Positions 47,796 to 58,300 of a stretch of 64,000 nucleotides of DNA are shown here, piece after piece. The position numbers were made by a program, and so were the translations under genes. The stretch's first letter is position 1; every line of letters starts with the position of its first letter. The stretch comes from Candidatus Spongiisociaceae bacterium (GTDB taxonomy: Bacteria > Actinomycetota > Acidimicrobiia > Spongiisociales > Spongiisociaceae). The stretch covers positions 896,001-960,000 of the forward strand of contig CBDCOH010000002.1 of NCBI GenBank assembly GCA_965219685.1. Direction: 5' to 3'. The notes under the pieces were generated by a model. That model saw nothing but the letters and a program-made list of their open reading frames with translations. It had not been told where the DNA came from and searched no databases.

Positions 47796-49400
47796 TCAGT
47801 CCGGGGCCGGGTGGCGGTCCGCTCGAGCCAGGGCGCGGAGTTCGCGCGCGTGGCGGCGGCCGCGGTCGGAGTCCGGCAGGCCCGACAGCATCCGGGACAG
47901 TTCCCGGATTCGCTCGTCCGAGTCCAGGGTCCGGGCCGTGGCGGTAGGGCCGTCCCTCTCCACGACGATGTGCGTGTCGGCATAGGCGGCTACCTGCGGC
48001 AGGTGGCTGACGCACAGCGCCTGGCGGTCCCGGGCCAGGCGGGCCAGCTTCGCTCCCATCGCGAGAGCGGTGGTCCCTCCGACGCCCGCGTCGATCTCGT
48101 CGAATGCAACCAGGCGGGCATCCCCGGAACCGGACGCGAGGCGGAGCGATAGGACCAGCCGGCTCAATTCTCCCCCGGACGCGACCCGCGCGACCGGGCC
48201 GGGCGCCAACCTGGAGTCGGAGGAAAACCGCAGATCCACCGTGTCCGCGCCGGCGCGGCGAGGAGGCGCCGCCCCGATGTCCAGGTGGATCAGCGGATCG
48301 CCGAAACCGAGATCGCGGAGATGGCCCACCGCGCCGTCGACGATCCGGGCTGCCGCGGCCTTGCGCTCCTGGCGGAGGGCGCCGCCCGCCTCGTCCAGCC
48401 GGCGGGTCGCCTCGGCTAGTTCGTTGTCGATGGTGGCGGCCCTCCCGAGCAACTCCCCGACTTCGGCATGGCGGGCGCGTGCCGAGTCTCTGAAGGCCAG
48501 GATCTCCTCGATCCCTGCTCCGTATTTGCGGCGCAGGTCGCCGAGAAGGGCGAGCCGCTCGTTGACCGAGGCGAGGGTCCGGGGGTCGGAGTCGATGTCC
48601 TCCCAGGCCTCCCTGGCGGTGGTCAGGGTCTCGGTGAGGATGGCGTCGACGCTCTCGATCATCTCCAGGAGGCCGTCCTGACCGGGATCGAGGTCACAGG
48701 CGCGCCGGATGGCTCCGACCGCGGGCCCGAGCCGGTCCCGCGCCGCTGACAGGTCCCGGCGTGCTCCGGCCAGCAACTCGCCGATCTCCTCCGCGTTGCC
48801 GAGCCGGTTGGCCAGACCATCGAGTTCCTCGTCCTCCCCGATGCTGAATCCGGCCTCCTCGATCTCACCTATCTGGTAGATCAGGAGGTCCTGCTCGCGT
48901 TCCAGGGCCCGCAGGTCGCCGCCCAGCCGGGCCGCCGCCGACTCCAGTTTCCTGACCTCTTCCCAGGCCGCCCGGTAGGTTGCCACCCGGTCGGGCGACC
49001 CAAGCCGCAGGTCGATGAGAGCACGGAGTGCGTTGGCGCGGATCAGCGAGAGCGGATCGTGCTGGCCGACGATCTCGACGGAGCCTTCCAGGCGTTCGGT
49101 GAGGACCCTGGCCGGCACCATCGCACCGTTGATGTACGAGCGGCTCCCCCGGGCGTGGACCCGGCGCGACACGATGAGTTCCTCGCCGTCCAGTAGGAAC
49201 CGCCCCTCGACGGTGGTCTCCGAGGCGTGCGGTCCGATAAGGGTCGCACGGGCGGGCGCCCCCGTCAGGAGTCTCAGAGCGCCCAGGAGGAGGGTCTTGC
49301 CGGTGCCTGTCTCTCCGCTCACGACCACCATCCCGGGGCCCGGCTCGACCCGCGCCGCGGCGATGATTCCCAGATTGGTCACGGACAGTTCGTCGAGCAC
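47796..49400 (-). CDS. recN: DNA repair protein RecN
   Basis: SGETGTGKT, VGQHD, coiled coil, ASGGELSR, FDEIDAGVGG, SHLPQVAA. Confidence 0.96.
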   Translation of the reverse strand: MLDELSVTNLGIIAAARVEPGPGMVVVSGETGTGKTLLLGALRLLTGAPARATLIGPHASETTVEGRFLLDGEELIVSRRVHARGSRSYINGAMVPARVLTERLEGSVEIVGQHDPLSLIRANALRALIDLRLGSPDRVATYRAAWEEVRKLESAAARLGGDLRALEREQDLLIYQIGEIEEAGFSIGEDEELDGLANRLGNAEEIGELLAGARRDLSAARDRLGPAVGAIRRACDLDPGQDGLLEMIESVDAILTETLTTAREAWEDIDSDPRTLASVNERLALLGDLRRKYGAGIEEILAFRDSARARHAEVGELLGRAATIDNELAEATRRLDEAGGALRQERKAAAARIVDGAVGHLRDLGFGDPLIHLDIGAAPPRRAGADTVDLRFSSDSRLAPGPVARVASGGELSRLVLSLRLASGSGDARLVAFDEIDAGVGGTTALAMGAKLARLARDRQALCVSHLPQVAAYADTHIVVERDGPTATARTLDSDERIRELSRMLSGLPDSDRGRRHARELRALARADRHPAPD

Positions 49401-49403
49401 CGG

Positions 49404-50225
49404 TCAGGCCAGCGAGAACTTCTGCTTGACCGTGGTGGGGAAGGATCGTTCGACGAGGCTTACGAACGAGACCCGACCCGCCCCCTCGACCTCCACCACC
49501 CCGCCGGGTTGGACAGTGGCGATCTCGATGCCGTCGACGCCGACACCCACCGATCGGTCCTCCACCACCTCGAAGCTGAGCCGGCGTCCGGGTGGGAAGA
49601 CCATCGCCCGCGAGAACAGAGAGTGCTGGGCGACCGGTGTCATGACCAGCGCATCGAGAGCCGGATCGATCAAGGGCCCGCCCGCTGACAGGTTGTAGGC
49701 CGTCGAACCCGTCGGTGTGGCTATCACCACGCCGTCCGCCCGGTAGGTGACGAACGGTTCCCCGTCGATCGCCACCGCCAACTGCACGGTGCGTTGGTTC
49801 TGGACCTTCTCGATCACCACGTCGTTGAGGCCGAGCACCGGTGAGGACCCTTCCACCGACGCGGCCAGCAGCATCCGCTCGGTCGTGAACCACCTTCCCA
49901 ACGTCAGGCGCTCGAGCAGGAAGGGAAGGTCGTGGGGGGCGCCCTCCGCGAGGAACCCGAGACGGCCGTCGTTGATCCCGAAGATGGGGGCCCCGCTCCC
50001 CCGGCCTATCCGGACCGCCTTCAGGACTGTTCCGTCTCCGCCGATCGCCACCACCAGGTCGAGTTCGGAGCGGGGTTCGAATCGCGTGGCCGGCAGGTCG
50101 AGGGCGTCGGCCGCGTCCGGGGAGGCCACCACATCAACACCGTGGCCGCGGGCCTCCGCCGCCAGTTCGCCGGCCAGGCCCATCGAGTGCTCCCGGCCGA
50201 CATGCGGAACGAGTGCGATCCTCAC
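49404..50225 (-). CDS. nadK: NAD kinase
   Basis: GGDGT, GRLGFL, LND, DG...ATPTGSTAYNLSAGGP. Confidence 0.95.
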   Translation of the reverse strand: MRIALVPHVGREHSMGLAGELAAEARGHGVDVVASPDAADALDLPATRFEPRSELDLVVAIGGDGTVLKAVRIGRGSGAPIFGINDGRLGFLAEGAPHDLPFLLERLTLGRWFTTERMLLAASVEGSSPVLGLNDVVIEKVQNQRTVQLAVAIDGEPFVTYRADGVVIATPTGSTAYNLSAGGPLIDPALDALVMTPVAQHSLFSRAMVFPPGRRLSFEVVEDRSVGVGVDGIEIATVQPGGVVEVEGAGRVSFVSLVERSFPTTVKQKFSLA

Positions 50226-50995
50226 CGGGCGGCCTCCCTCACGGTGTGGGCGGTCACCCGGTTGGCGCCGTGGCGGAACAGGCCGATGACCTCCCGGTTG
50301 CCGTTGGCGCCCTCGATGGGGGAAGGGGTCACCGCCACCGCTCCCAAACCCGCCCCGGCCAGGCCCGTGATGGTGTCGAGCACGGCGCCGGCGCGGGTCC
50401 GCCGGTCTCTGACCACGCCGCGCCGGTCCACCGCCCCCCGGCCGGCCTCGAACTGGGGCTTGATGAGCAGCAGGTAATCGCTGCGACCATTCCCCAATTC
50501 CACCAGAACGTGGCAGATGGTCCGTAGCGAGATGAACGAGACGTCCGCGACCACCAGGTCGAACGGCGCTCCGAGAGCTTCCGGGTCCGCGTATCGGATG
50601 TTGGTGCGTTCCACCACGGTCACCCGGGGGTCGTCGCGCATCCGCAGATGGAGTTGGCCGTAACCCACGTCCACGGCCACGACGTGGCACGCTCCGTGCT
50701 CCAGCAGGCAGTGGGTGAAGCCACCCGTGGAGGCGCCCACGTCGATCGCGCGGCGGCCCTCCACGTCGACATGGAACTCCCGGATGGCCGCTTCCAGCTT
50801 GAGACCGCCCCGGCTGACGTAGCGGGGTCCGTCCTCGACCATGCGCACCGCCGTTGCTCCATCGACCATGGTGGCCGGCTTCGGCAGCGGGGTTCCCGTC
50901 ACCACCACCCTCCGCTCGCGGATGGCGCGGGCCGCTGCCGCCCGCGAGTCGACCAGGTGCCGGCGGACCATCTCGACGTCGAGCCTCCTCCTCAT
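50222..50995 (-). CDS. tlyA: TlyA family rRNA 2'-O-methyltransferase
   Basis: S4 domain, YVSRGGLKL, DVGASTGGFT, DVSFISL, KPQFEAG, SPI.G..GNRE. Confidence 0.96.
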   Translation of the reverse strand: MRRRLDVEMVRRHLVDSRAAAARAIRERRVVVTGTPLPKPATMVDGATAVRMVEDGPRYVSRGGLKLEAAIREFHVDVEGRRAIDVGASTGGFTHCLLEHGACHVVAVDVGYGQLHLRMRDDPRVTVVERTNIRYADPEALGAPFDLVVADVSFISLRTICHVLVELGNGRSDYLLLIKPQFEAGRGAVDRRGVVRDRRTRAGAVLDTITGLAGAGLGAVAVTPSPIEGANGNREVIGLFRHGANRVTAHTVREAAR

Positions 50996-51234
50996 GGGTC
51001 CTCGCCGGGGGGAGAAGCTGCGGTCGGTGCGAACGATTCCAGGATCCGGCGCGCCCGGGGAGCGTCGGTGCCTTCCAGCCGGGCGGCCAGCAACTCGGCG
51101 AGCGCGGCTGCCGGCTCCGGGGTCTCCGCCGGATCGGCCCTCTCGATTGCTTCCAGGTAGCGGGCCACCGACTCGTCGGTCACGACCGCTGGTTCCCCGC
51201 CGGGTTGTGGCATGGCGTCGCCGTGTTGCTCCAT
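50992..51234 (-). CDS. Small hypothetical protein
   Basis: Stop overlaps the tlyA ATG; acidic helical content (LEAIERADPAETPEPAAALAELLAARLE). Confidence 0.55.
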   Translation of the reverse strand: MEQHGDAMPQPGGEPAVVTDESVARYLEAIERADPAETPEPAAALAELLAARLEGTDAPRARRILESFAPTAASPPGEDP

Positions 51235-51403
51235 GACCGCATTATTGCGCTTCGGGCCGCCATGTACAGCCCCTCGGGGCCGCTGGATGTCCCGTTTGCC
51301 ACCGGTGACGGTCAATAGCCGGTCGGCTCCCGTATGATCGTTGTGCGCAGCGGAGTCCGCGCCCCTGACCCGAAGGGGAAACCCGACCCCCCGGAACACC
51401 GAA

Positions 51404-52156
51404 ATGATCCCAATCAGAGACATCAACCCCTCCCTCAGAACCCCGGTACTCACCTTTCTGCTGGTGGCGGGTTCGGTGGCGGTCTACTTCTTCGTCCAGC
51501 CCGGCGAGCCGGGAGCGGAGATCGAGTTCCTGTACCGCCAGGCGGCCGTGGCCTGCGAGTTGACCACCGGCGAGCCGCTGTCCCTCGACGAGATCGTCGA
51601 CGGGCGCTGTGTCGACGGAACCGAGGCGCCCCTGTATCCCGACAAGTCCCCGCTCGTCAGCGTCGTGGTGTCCATGTTCCTCCACGGCGGGCTGGCGCAC
51701 CTGGTCGCCAACATGTGGAGCCTCCTGCTGTTCGGCAACAACGTCGAGGACGCCTACGGTCGCTTCGGCTACCTGCTCCTGTATCTGGTGTCCGGCGTCG
51801 TGGCAACCGTCGGCTTCGTCGTCCTGAACCCCGACACGACGGTACCCCTCGTCGGCGCCTCCGGCGCCATCGCCGGGATCATGGGCGCGTACCTGGTCCT
51901 GTTCCCCCGCGCCAGGGTGGTGAGCGTATTCCCTCTGCTGTTCTTCATCCCGTTCACCATCTCGGCCGGGTGGTACCTGATGGTGTGGCTCGCCGGCCAG
52001 TTCGCCTTCACCGCCGCCGACTCGGCGATCGCCTGGGAGGCCCATGTAGCGGGTTTCCTGTTCGGCGTGCTGGTGACCCTGGTCGGCCGAGGTCCGCTGC
52101 TGCGCCGCTTGGCCCGGCTGGAACGCAAACGCCTGGCCCGGCTCGGGTACGGCTGA
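51404..52156 (+). CDS. Rhomboid family intramembrane serine protease
   Basis: MIPIRDINP, SMFLHGG..H...NM, FGNNVED, GASGA, AW.AHV.GF. Confidence 0.95.
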   Translation: MIPIRDINPSLRTPVLTFLLVAGSVAVYFFVQPGEPGAEIEFLYRQAAVACELTTGEPLSLDEIVDGRCVDGTEAPLYPDKSPLVSVVVSMFLHGGLAHLVANMWSLLLFGNNVEDAYGRFGYLLLYLVSGVVATVGFVVLNPDTTVPLVGASGAIAGIMGAYLVLFPRARVVSVFPLLFFIPFTISAGWYLMVWLAGQFAFTAADSAIAWEAHVAGFLFGVLVTLVGRGPLLRRLARLERKRLARLGYG

Positions 52157-52232
52157 GCAACTTCCACCCCGCCACGAGGCGCCCGGCGTCTGTCTCGTGA
52201 AGGCCCCCTTGGCGAGAAGTGAACCTCAGACA

Positions 52233-52276
52233 ACCATTCACCATTCACCATTCACCATTCACCATTCACCATCCAC
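52233..52276 (-). repeat. Heptamer tandem repeat (ACCATTC)x~6, i.e. (ATGGTGA)n on the minus strand
   Basis: Five perfect copies plus one degenerate, abutting the stop codon at 52277-52279; same unit as 14367-14414. Confidence 0.96.
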
Positions 52277-55200
52277 CTAGAGCATTTCGTCGCTTCGGCC
52301 GTTGTCCACGGTCGTAACGGGAGGGGCGGGATCGGAGGGGGCCTCCGACGCTTCCCTGTGGAAGAGGTCTTCAGGAGTGTAGGGACCGGCCAGGTCGTGC
52401 CGGACCGACATGATCGCCAGGTCGCCGCCCGTCAGATTGCAGACATGCGACGCCTTGACGGGGACGTCGCCCGGGGGCGCGATCAGGGCTGAAGGCCACC
52501 ATAAGCTGGGCGTAAGAGAGCGGTCCGCGTCCTTGAGCGCCTCGGGTCGGAAGTAGGAGTGCGATACCTCGGACGTGGTCCGCGGCGCAACGGCGCCGAG
52601 GAAGTCCTCCAATGGTTCACCGCCCACCTCCGAGGCTTGGAGCGTCCCGCGCTGGCGATATACCCACTCGGCGGCCGCTGCCTGATCCGACTCGACCAGG
52701 GCGCGGCCCAACTCCGAGTCGTAGGTGCCAAGGCTCATATCCCGTAGGAAGCGCCAGCGCCCGCTTACGTGGGCGCGCCCGTCGGCTTCGACACTCGAGA
52801 CCTCCCGAGGATCCTGGTCGGGCCGGAGGATTCCCGTCGGATCCGAACCTACTTCGATCGCCCGTAGATGGCGGTAGGCGTCTATCGCCACGTCGTGACG
52901 CTTCCGCAGCCAGCCCGGTCGGGCGAGGCCGCTCATCATGCGAGCCCGCATGGCGGTGGCTCCCAGGCTCGTGACCCGGAAGGAGCGGTTCTCGGCCTTA
53001 CCCACTCCCAGGAGCATGTCGTAGCCGGATCGTTCGTCATCCGGCGTCCGCGAACCGAATGGCTTCCACAGCACCGTGGCCCAAGCTCCGGCCGAGGCGA
53101 CGAACTGCTCGAAAGCCTCGGCCGCGCGCCACGCCGCGTCAAGGGCTGCGACTATCCCACGTTCGAGGTCGGCGACTTTGGCCCTCTCCCGGTTATCGCG
53201 GCGGAATCCGTCGATCCCCATGGCTAGTAGCAGCAGCAGGATGACGAACAAGATTCCCGCCTCGTACCACCACAGTTCTCCGAACCCCTCTCGACGGCGG
53301 AGCCCGTACCAGCCGTTGTCACGGGCGATCAGGCCGATCAGTCCGAATACGCCGTAGACCATCGTGAAGAAGATCAGCATCCTCACCTGACGGAACGTCT
53401 CCATCGACCTGAGGGCGGGCCGGTCGAGCCGGATGGCCAGGACGACGGCGTAGTTGACCAGCGCCACCGACAACCCGAACGCGGACGCATCGTCTATGTT
53501 CGCGTCACCGGATACGAGCAGCCCGGCGAGCACTCCGGTTAGAGCAGACCAGCCGGCGATCCTGTTTAGCGCCGGTACCTCCCGCGAACGGGCTGAGGAG
53601 GGTGGGCTTGACGATGGCCCTGGATGGTCGGATCTCTCCGATGTCGGGTCGCCCTGCGCCGCTCCGGTAGCGATCGTCTCCCGATCCTCGTCGACCGTGT
53701 CGTCTTCAACCGGACCGTGCCGAGATCCGGCCGTGTCGGCAGCGGGCGTGAGTGGCCCGAACCGCAACACCACCGCCCGGGAGATCGCGGCGATCGCCAA
53801 TGCGTAGACGGCCGTGACCAGCCCCCAGGCCCAGGCGCGAGGCGTAGAGGACAGTGAGGTTATCCCCAGGACCTCCACGCCGCCGGATAGGACCAGCAGC
53901 CCCGTGATCGCCAGCACGATGAGCCCGGAGGTTACGATCGCGGTGGCGGAGAGCGCGGGAACCGGGTCGACTTCGAACACGTCGCGTGCGCGCCCGACGA
54001 GGCGTTGGAACTCCGCCCGGTTGCGGCGCTCCACTTCGCGCAGGTGAGCGCCGACGCGGCCGAGCAGCGAGGCGGGTACGCGTTTTGTCGCATCCGAGCG
54101 GATCTCCGCGGCGTGGGCGTCGATGTCGGCGGGAGCGATCAGGCCTATCTCGGTGATGACAACGTTGCGTCCCTTCAGCTGCGGCGAGGCCATGTCGCCG
54201 GGTGCCTGATCCCCGTCGACCAGCGAGAACACGGCCTTTCCGAGATCGGTCCAGATCTGTTGGTCGATTTCCACCCCGCCCTCTACCGCACGGCGTTGTC
54301 TCACCGCGGCTACCACGGTCTCGGGGTCCACGGGGTCAGCCGTGGTCCGGTCGTCACCGGACGGCATGTCCCGCCAGATGACCCGTAGGATCGAGTCCTG
54401 GCCGGCCGCGTCCTGCAGTATGCGGCCGGTGGCGTCGCGGAGCGCGGCCGTCACGTCGCTGAATACGGCGAACGTGTACCGGAGACCGCCCAGGATCCCG
54501 GCGCCCAACAGGCGGAGGGTGTCCGCCAGCCCCAGTCTGCGACGGTAACGCTCGGGTTTGTACTCGAACAGCAGGCTGTCCAGGTGGGAGACCATCCGCC
54601 GGCGGGCGTCGGTGAGGGTCTCGCCCGGGTACGGCGCCTCGGCGCAGTCCCTGGGTACCGGCGCCCGGCCTCCGTGGTTGGCGGCGGCGGCAAGCGTGAC
54701 GGCGGGGATCTCCGCTATCCGTGCGAACGAACGGGCCAGATAGACTTTGGCCTGGCCGTAGCCGATCGGGCCCCTGTCCAGGGACTCCACGGGCGCCTCT
54801 TCCATACCCGACCACATTCCGAGCGCGGTGGCCACCTCGGCCGCGATATGGGATGCGAACGTATCGGATTGCGGATCGGCGAGGGGAACACCCAACATCG
54901 CTTCGGTCCTGCGGTCCTCCGGGATGATGACCAGGTTGGCGTCCACTTCCGGCGAGAAAAACCCTTCGGGCGCCGCTAGCACTCCCCCGGCCCCGGGATC
55001 GCGTCGTGGCGACCAGATCCGTACCTCGACCACGCGCATTCCCTTGGGCTTGAGCGCCTCGATCTCGCCCGCTATGCGCTCGGCGGTCGACGACACGTAG
55101 GTAGTGCTCTCGATGTCCGGGCCGACCAGAGCCACCACGTGGACCAGTTCGAACTCCTCGCGGGCCAGTGTCTCAAACCACCGGCGGTGTTCCACTCCGT

Positions 55201-55348
55201 CCCGGCCGATGTCCATGTCGGGCCCGTCGTCGATGCAGGCGACGAAGGGTTGCACGAGACCGGCCCGCACCCACTCGGTGAGCCGTTGGACAGCGGCGGT
55301 CGTCGACTTGTCGTTGGCCGCCACGAGGAGGCTGCGGCGCGCGCTCAT
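52277..55348 (-). CDS. Large polytopic membrane protein, 1023 aa, partner of the tubulin-like protein
   Basis: ATG overlaps the tubulin-like gene TGA; soluble N-terminal region, about 6 TM segments centrally, coiled coil, soluble C-terminal region. Confidence 0.85.
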   Translation of the reverse strand: MSARRSLLVAANDKSTTAAVQRLTEWVRAGLVQPFVACIDDGPDMDIGRDGVEHRRWFETLAREEFELVHVVALVGPDIESTTYVSSTAERIAGEIEALKPKGMRVVEVRIWSPRRDPGAGGVLAAPEGFFSPEVDANLVIIPEDRRTEAMLGVPLADPQSDTFASHIAAEVATALGMWSGMEEAPVESLDRGPIGYGQAKVYLARSFARIAEIPAVTLAAAANHGGRAPVPRDCAEAPYPGETLTDARRRMVSHLDSLLFEYKPERYRRRLGLADTLRLLGAGILGGLRYTFAVFSDVTAALRDATGRILQDAAGQDSILRVIWRDMPSGDDRTTADPVDPETVVAAVRQRRAVEGGVEIDQQIWTDLGKAVFSLVDGDQAPGDMASPQLKGRNVVITEIGLIAPADIDAHAAEIRSDATKRVPASLLGRVGAHLREVERRNRAEFQRLVGRARDVFEVDPVPALSATAIVTSGLIVLAITGLLVLSGGVEVLGITSLSSTPRAWAWGLVTAVYALAIAAISRAVVLRFGPLTPAADTAGSRHGPVEDDTVDEDRETIATGAAQGDPTSERSDHPGPSSSPPSSARSREVPALNRIAGWSALTGVLAGLLVSGDANIDDASAFGLSVALVNYAVVLAIRLDRPALRSMETFRQVRMLIFFTMVYGVFGLIGLIARDNGWYGLRRREGFGELWWYEAGILFVILLLLLAMGIDGFRRDNRERAKVADLERGIVAALDAAWRAAEAFEQFVASAGAWATVLWKPFGSRTPDDERSGYDMLLGVGKAENRSFRVTSLGATAMRARMMSGLARPGWLRKRHDVAIDAYRHLRAIEVGSDPTGILRPDQDPREVSSVEADGRAHVSGRWRFLRDMSLGTYDSELGRALVESDQAAAAEWVYRQRGTLQASEVGGEPLEDFLGAVAPRTTSEVSHSYFRPEALKDADRSLTPSLWWPSALIAPPGDVPVKASHVCNLTGGDLAIMSVRHDLAGPYTPEDLFHREASEAPSDPAPPVTTVDNGRSDEML

Positions 55349-58300
55349 AACAGTTCCGGCCTTCCCGAGTCGTCACGCTCCAGGCAGAACTTGATATTGG
55401 TGAGTTCCTGAGTGACGAGGTCGGCGATCCCCAGCCACGCGATGCGGGTGCGCTGGTCACTCCCGCGATCCTCTGCGATCTGCTCGTCGTACAAGTCGAC
55501 CTGTCTTCCCAGCAACTCGATGGCGTCCCGTCTGCGAGAGCGTTCGTCCCCGCCCCTGATCACGGGACTCCTCACCCCCGCGGTGTTTCCTGTCGCCAAC
55601 CAATTGGATAAGACCCGGCTGGGCCGCGTGAAGGCCTTCAGGTCCGGTCCTCTCGCACCCGGTGATCGGCCCCACTCGACCAGGCGCGCGTAGGGCCCCA
55701 GGAACTTACCCGCGTCCTTCCGGTCGGCGGCGACCGGGAACGCGAGGCACAACCCTTCCAGCAGCGAGGCGAGGACGTTCCACGGCTGGCCCCCCACCGG
55801 CAGCGTCGGCTCGAACCGGAGAACACCGTGTTCGGTGGTGATGGCCACGGTCCGGTCCTCGATCTCGACCAGGCCCAGCATCCTGCCGATGAACCACCCC
55901 CTGATCAGGGCGCTCAACATCGGCCGAGGGATCGGAGTGGCCCTGGACAGGGCCCGCGATCGCCGGGCGTTCCAGAAGCTGACCAGATTGGACGTGTCGT
56001 GTTCCTTCCGCCAGGCGTCGGCGATGGGCTTCGTCAACGAGTCGAAGCACACGGGATGGAGGGCGCCTCCGAGCGATGTGTAGACCGCCACTCTGGTCTC
56101 CCGTTCGGACTGGTTGATCGTCTGCTCGACGGCCTCTGCGTCCCTATCGAGTTGCGGGAGGAGGTATTCACGAACGAGTGGCTCGACCGGGAGGCCGGCG
56201 ACCGGGATCGGGCTGGTCACCGGACGGATGCGCAGATCGGAGCCGGGATGTACCTGCTGGACCATCTCACGGTCGACCGAGACCAATGGCTCGGCCGCCT
56301 CGAAGGCCTTCTCCAGGCACTTCCGGAACCGTTGGTCTCGGGGAGCCCGCACCGCAGGCGGTAACGAGTCCGAGAGATAGCCCCGCAGGCCCAGCGCCAG
56401 GGTCTCTTTCCACGTCGAGCCGTCGGTGCGCAACCAGGCGCGGGCCCGGCTGAGAATGTCGTCCCGGCTGATACGCACGGTGAACGAGGCCCTCCGCGGC
56501 GCGGCGTCGCCCGCCGCGAGCCATTCCGGTGCGGACCATGCCGAATCGGGCAGCATCCAGGGCTCCATGACGCTCTGCTCGGCCTCACCGGTGATCACGG
56601 TCCGGCGGACCTTGGCCCAGGCCTCCTCGAGTCCGGTCGTTCCGGCCGAATCCATGGTGTGTTCTTCGAACAGCCGGGGGAAGTCTTCCGGATCTATGAC
56701 CAGCATGGTGCTCGCGCCGGGCTGCAGCGCGTCGGGAACGAGCCGGTCGGACGCGGGATTGTGGCGGGGCCAGTCATCGATCGGCGTTGAACCCGCTTCG
56801 CTCCTATCGGCTTCCACCGCCTGACGCAGAGCGTCGTAGGCGTGTTCGATCGCCTCGCGGAGCGGCTGGAGCACCCCGTCGCGCAGGTCCGCGAGCAGCC
56901 GGGAGGCGATGAGACGATGGTCGGCGTTGTAGGGATGCACCAGGCCGGTCTGGATCGCCTTGCCGATGGCGTTGCGGACTCCTTCGTGGTCGGCCGGGAG
57001 GGTGCCGGGACCCATTCCGATCGCGTCCAGGACGTCGGATCGCAGGTGTCCCGCCCATGCCAGTTCCTCCTGGCGCTCCGATTCGAGTTCTTCGGCCACG
57101 TGCTCCATCTCCGCGTCGGCCTTTGCCAGGAGTCGCAGCGCAACCTGCGCTCCATAGTCCGCGACGTTCGCACCCACAACCTTCACGATGCGGTCGGTGA
57201 TGTGTTCCACCCACTTCAAGGCCTCGTCCCGCAGCCGGTCGTCCAGTTTCTTCAACACGCCCGCTCGCCGGACCTCCACACCCTCCACGATGCAGTCCAC
57301 CCAGCGAAGCGCCCGGGCTTTGGAACCGACCTCCTCCGATGCTTCGTACCGGACCTGGTCCGCTACATCCCTGAAGACCGCGTCGAGTTCCGCATCCTGA
57401 AGCCCGATGGAGTCCAGAACCTGGTTGTTGTCGCGTCCCCGCTCGTTGATGCCGCATCTCCTGAGAAACCGCGTGAAGGCATCCTCTGCGAGATCCTCCA
57501 CGATCTCAGCGGTGGTGTGGTTCTCGTAGCGTCGCTGCTTCTTCGCCGCCCGTACGTAGTCACCGAGCAGGAACTCGATCGCGTCGCGGGTGATCCGCTG
57601 TTCGGCATACGTTCCGAGACGGCCCACGCCGAGGTCCACCTCGGCGAATCCGAGCGCCTGGATGGCCCCGTAGTACTTCGGCGGATCGGGCAGCATCAGT
57701 GTGTCGCCGCCAGAGGTGGGGAAACTGCCGGCGGAAGCCTGCCAGTTGGCCTTCATGTACACCGTGAAGTCGTCCTGCATGCGCCGGTCGGTCATCACTG
57801 CGGCCAGGCAGCGCGCCATGAAGCGATATGCGGCGAGTTGGTCGCCGAAGCCCACCCCTTTGGTATTCGTGTGCCCCACCAGGTAGGGGAAGGCCGGCCC
57901 GGAGCGCTGCTGGACCGCGCCGCCACCGGGTGGCGTGAACTCTCCGTCGCCGTAGTAACCGTGCAGCATCTCGGCCAGCGCCGCCGCGGTGTTCGGATAC
58001 ACGCCCCGGCTCGCCGCCTCAGACAGATCGACGAACACGTCAGCCGAATACAGGATGCCGATCGACTCGTCCATCCACGAATCTCCGTCGACCCTCAGGA
58101 TGTCGCACACATCCATCAGGATGCCTGCGCCGGTCCCGCCTGCCAGGGAGGACACGACGATCACCGCGGGCGTCGCAGCAGACTCTCCGGCCAGAGATAC
58201 GCCGTATGCCCGCTCGGCGAGTTGGCGGAGCTGTGCCATGGCGCCCGCGCTCAGCAAAGCCTGGTTCTTCATCCTGATGCGCTTCTGGATCTCGTCGGCG

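Noticed and set aside
51769-52251. ORFs beginning MVNGEW/MVNG
   Set aside because: The starts are produced by the (ATGGTGA)n array and run antisense to the rhomboid gene.
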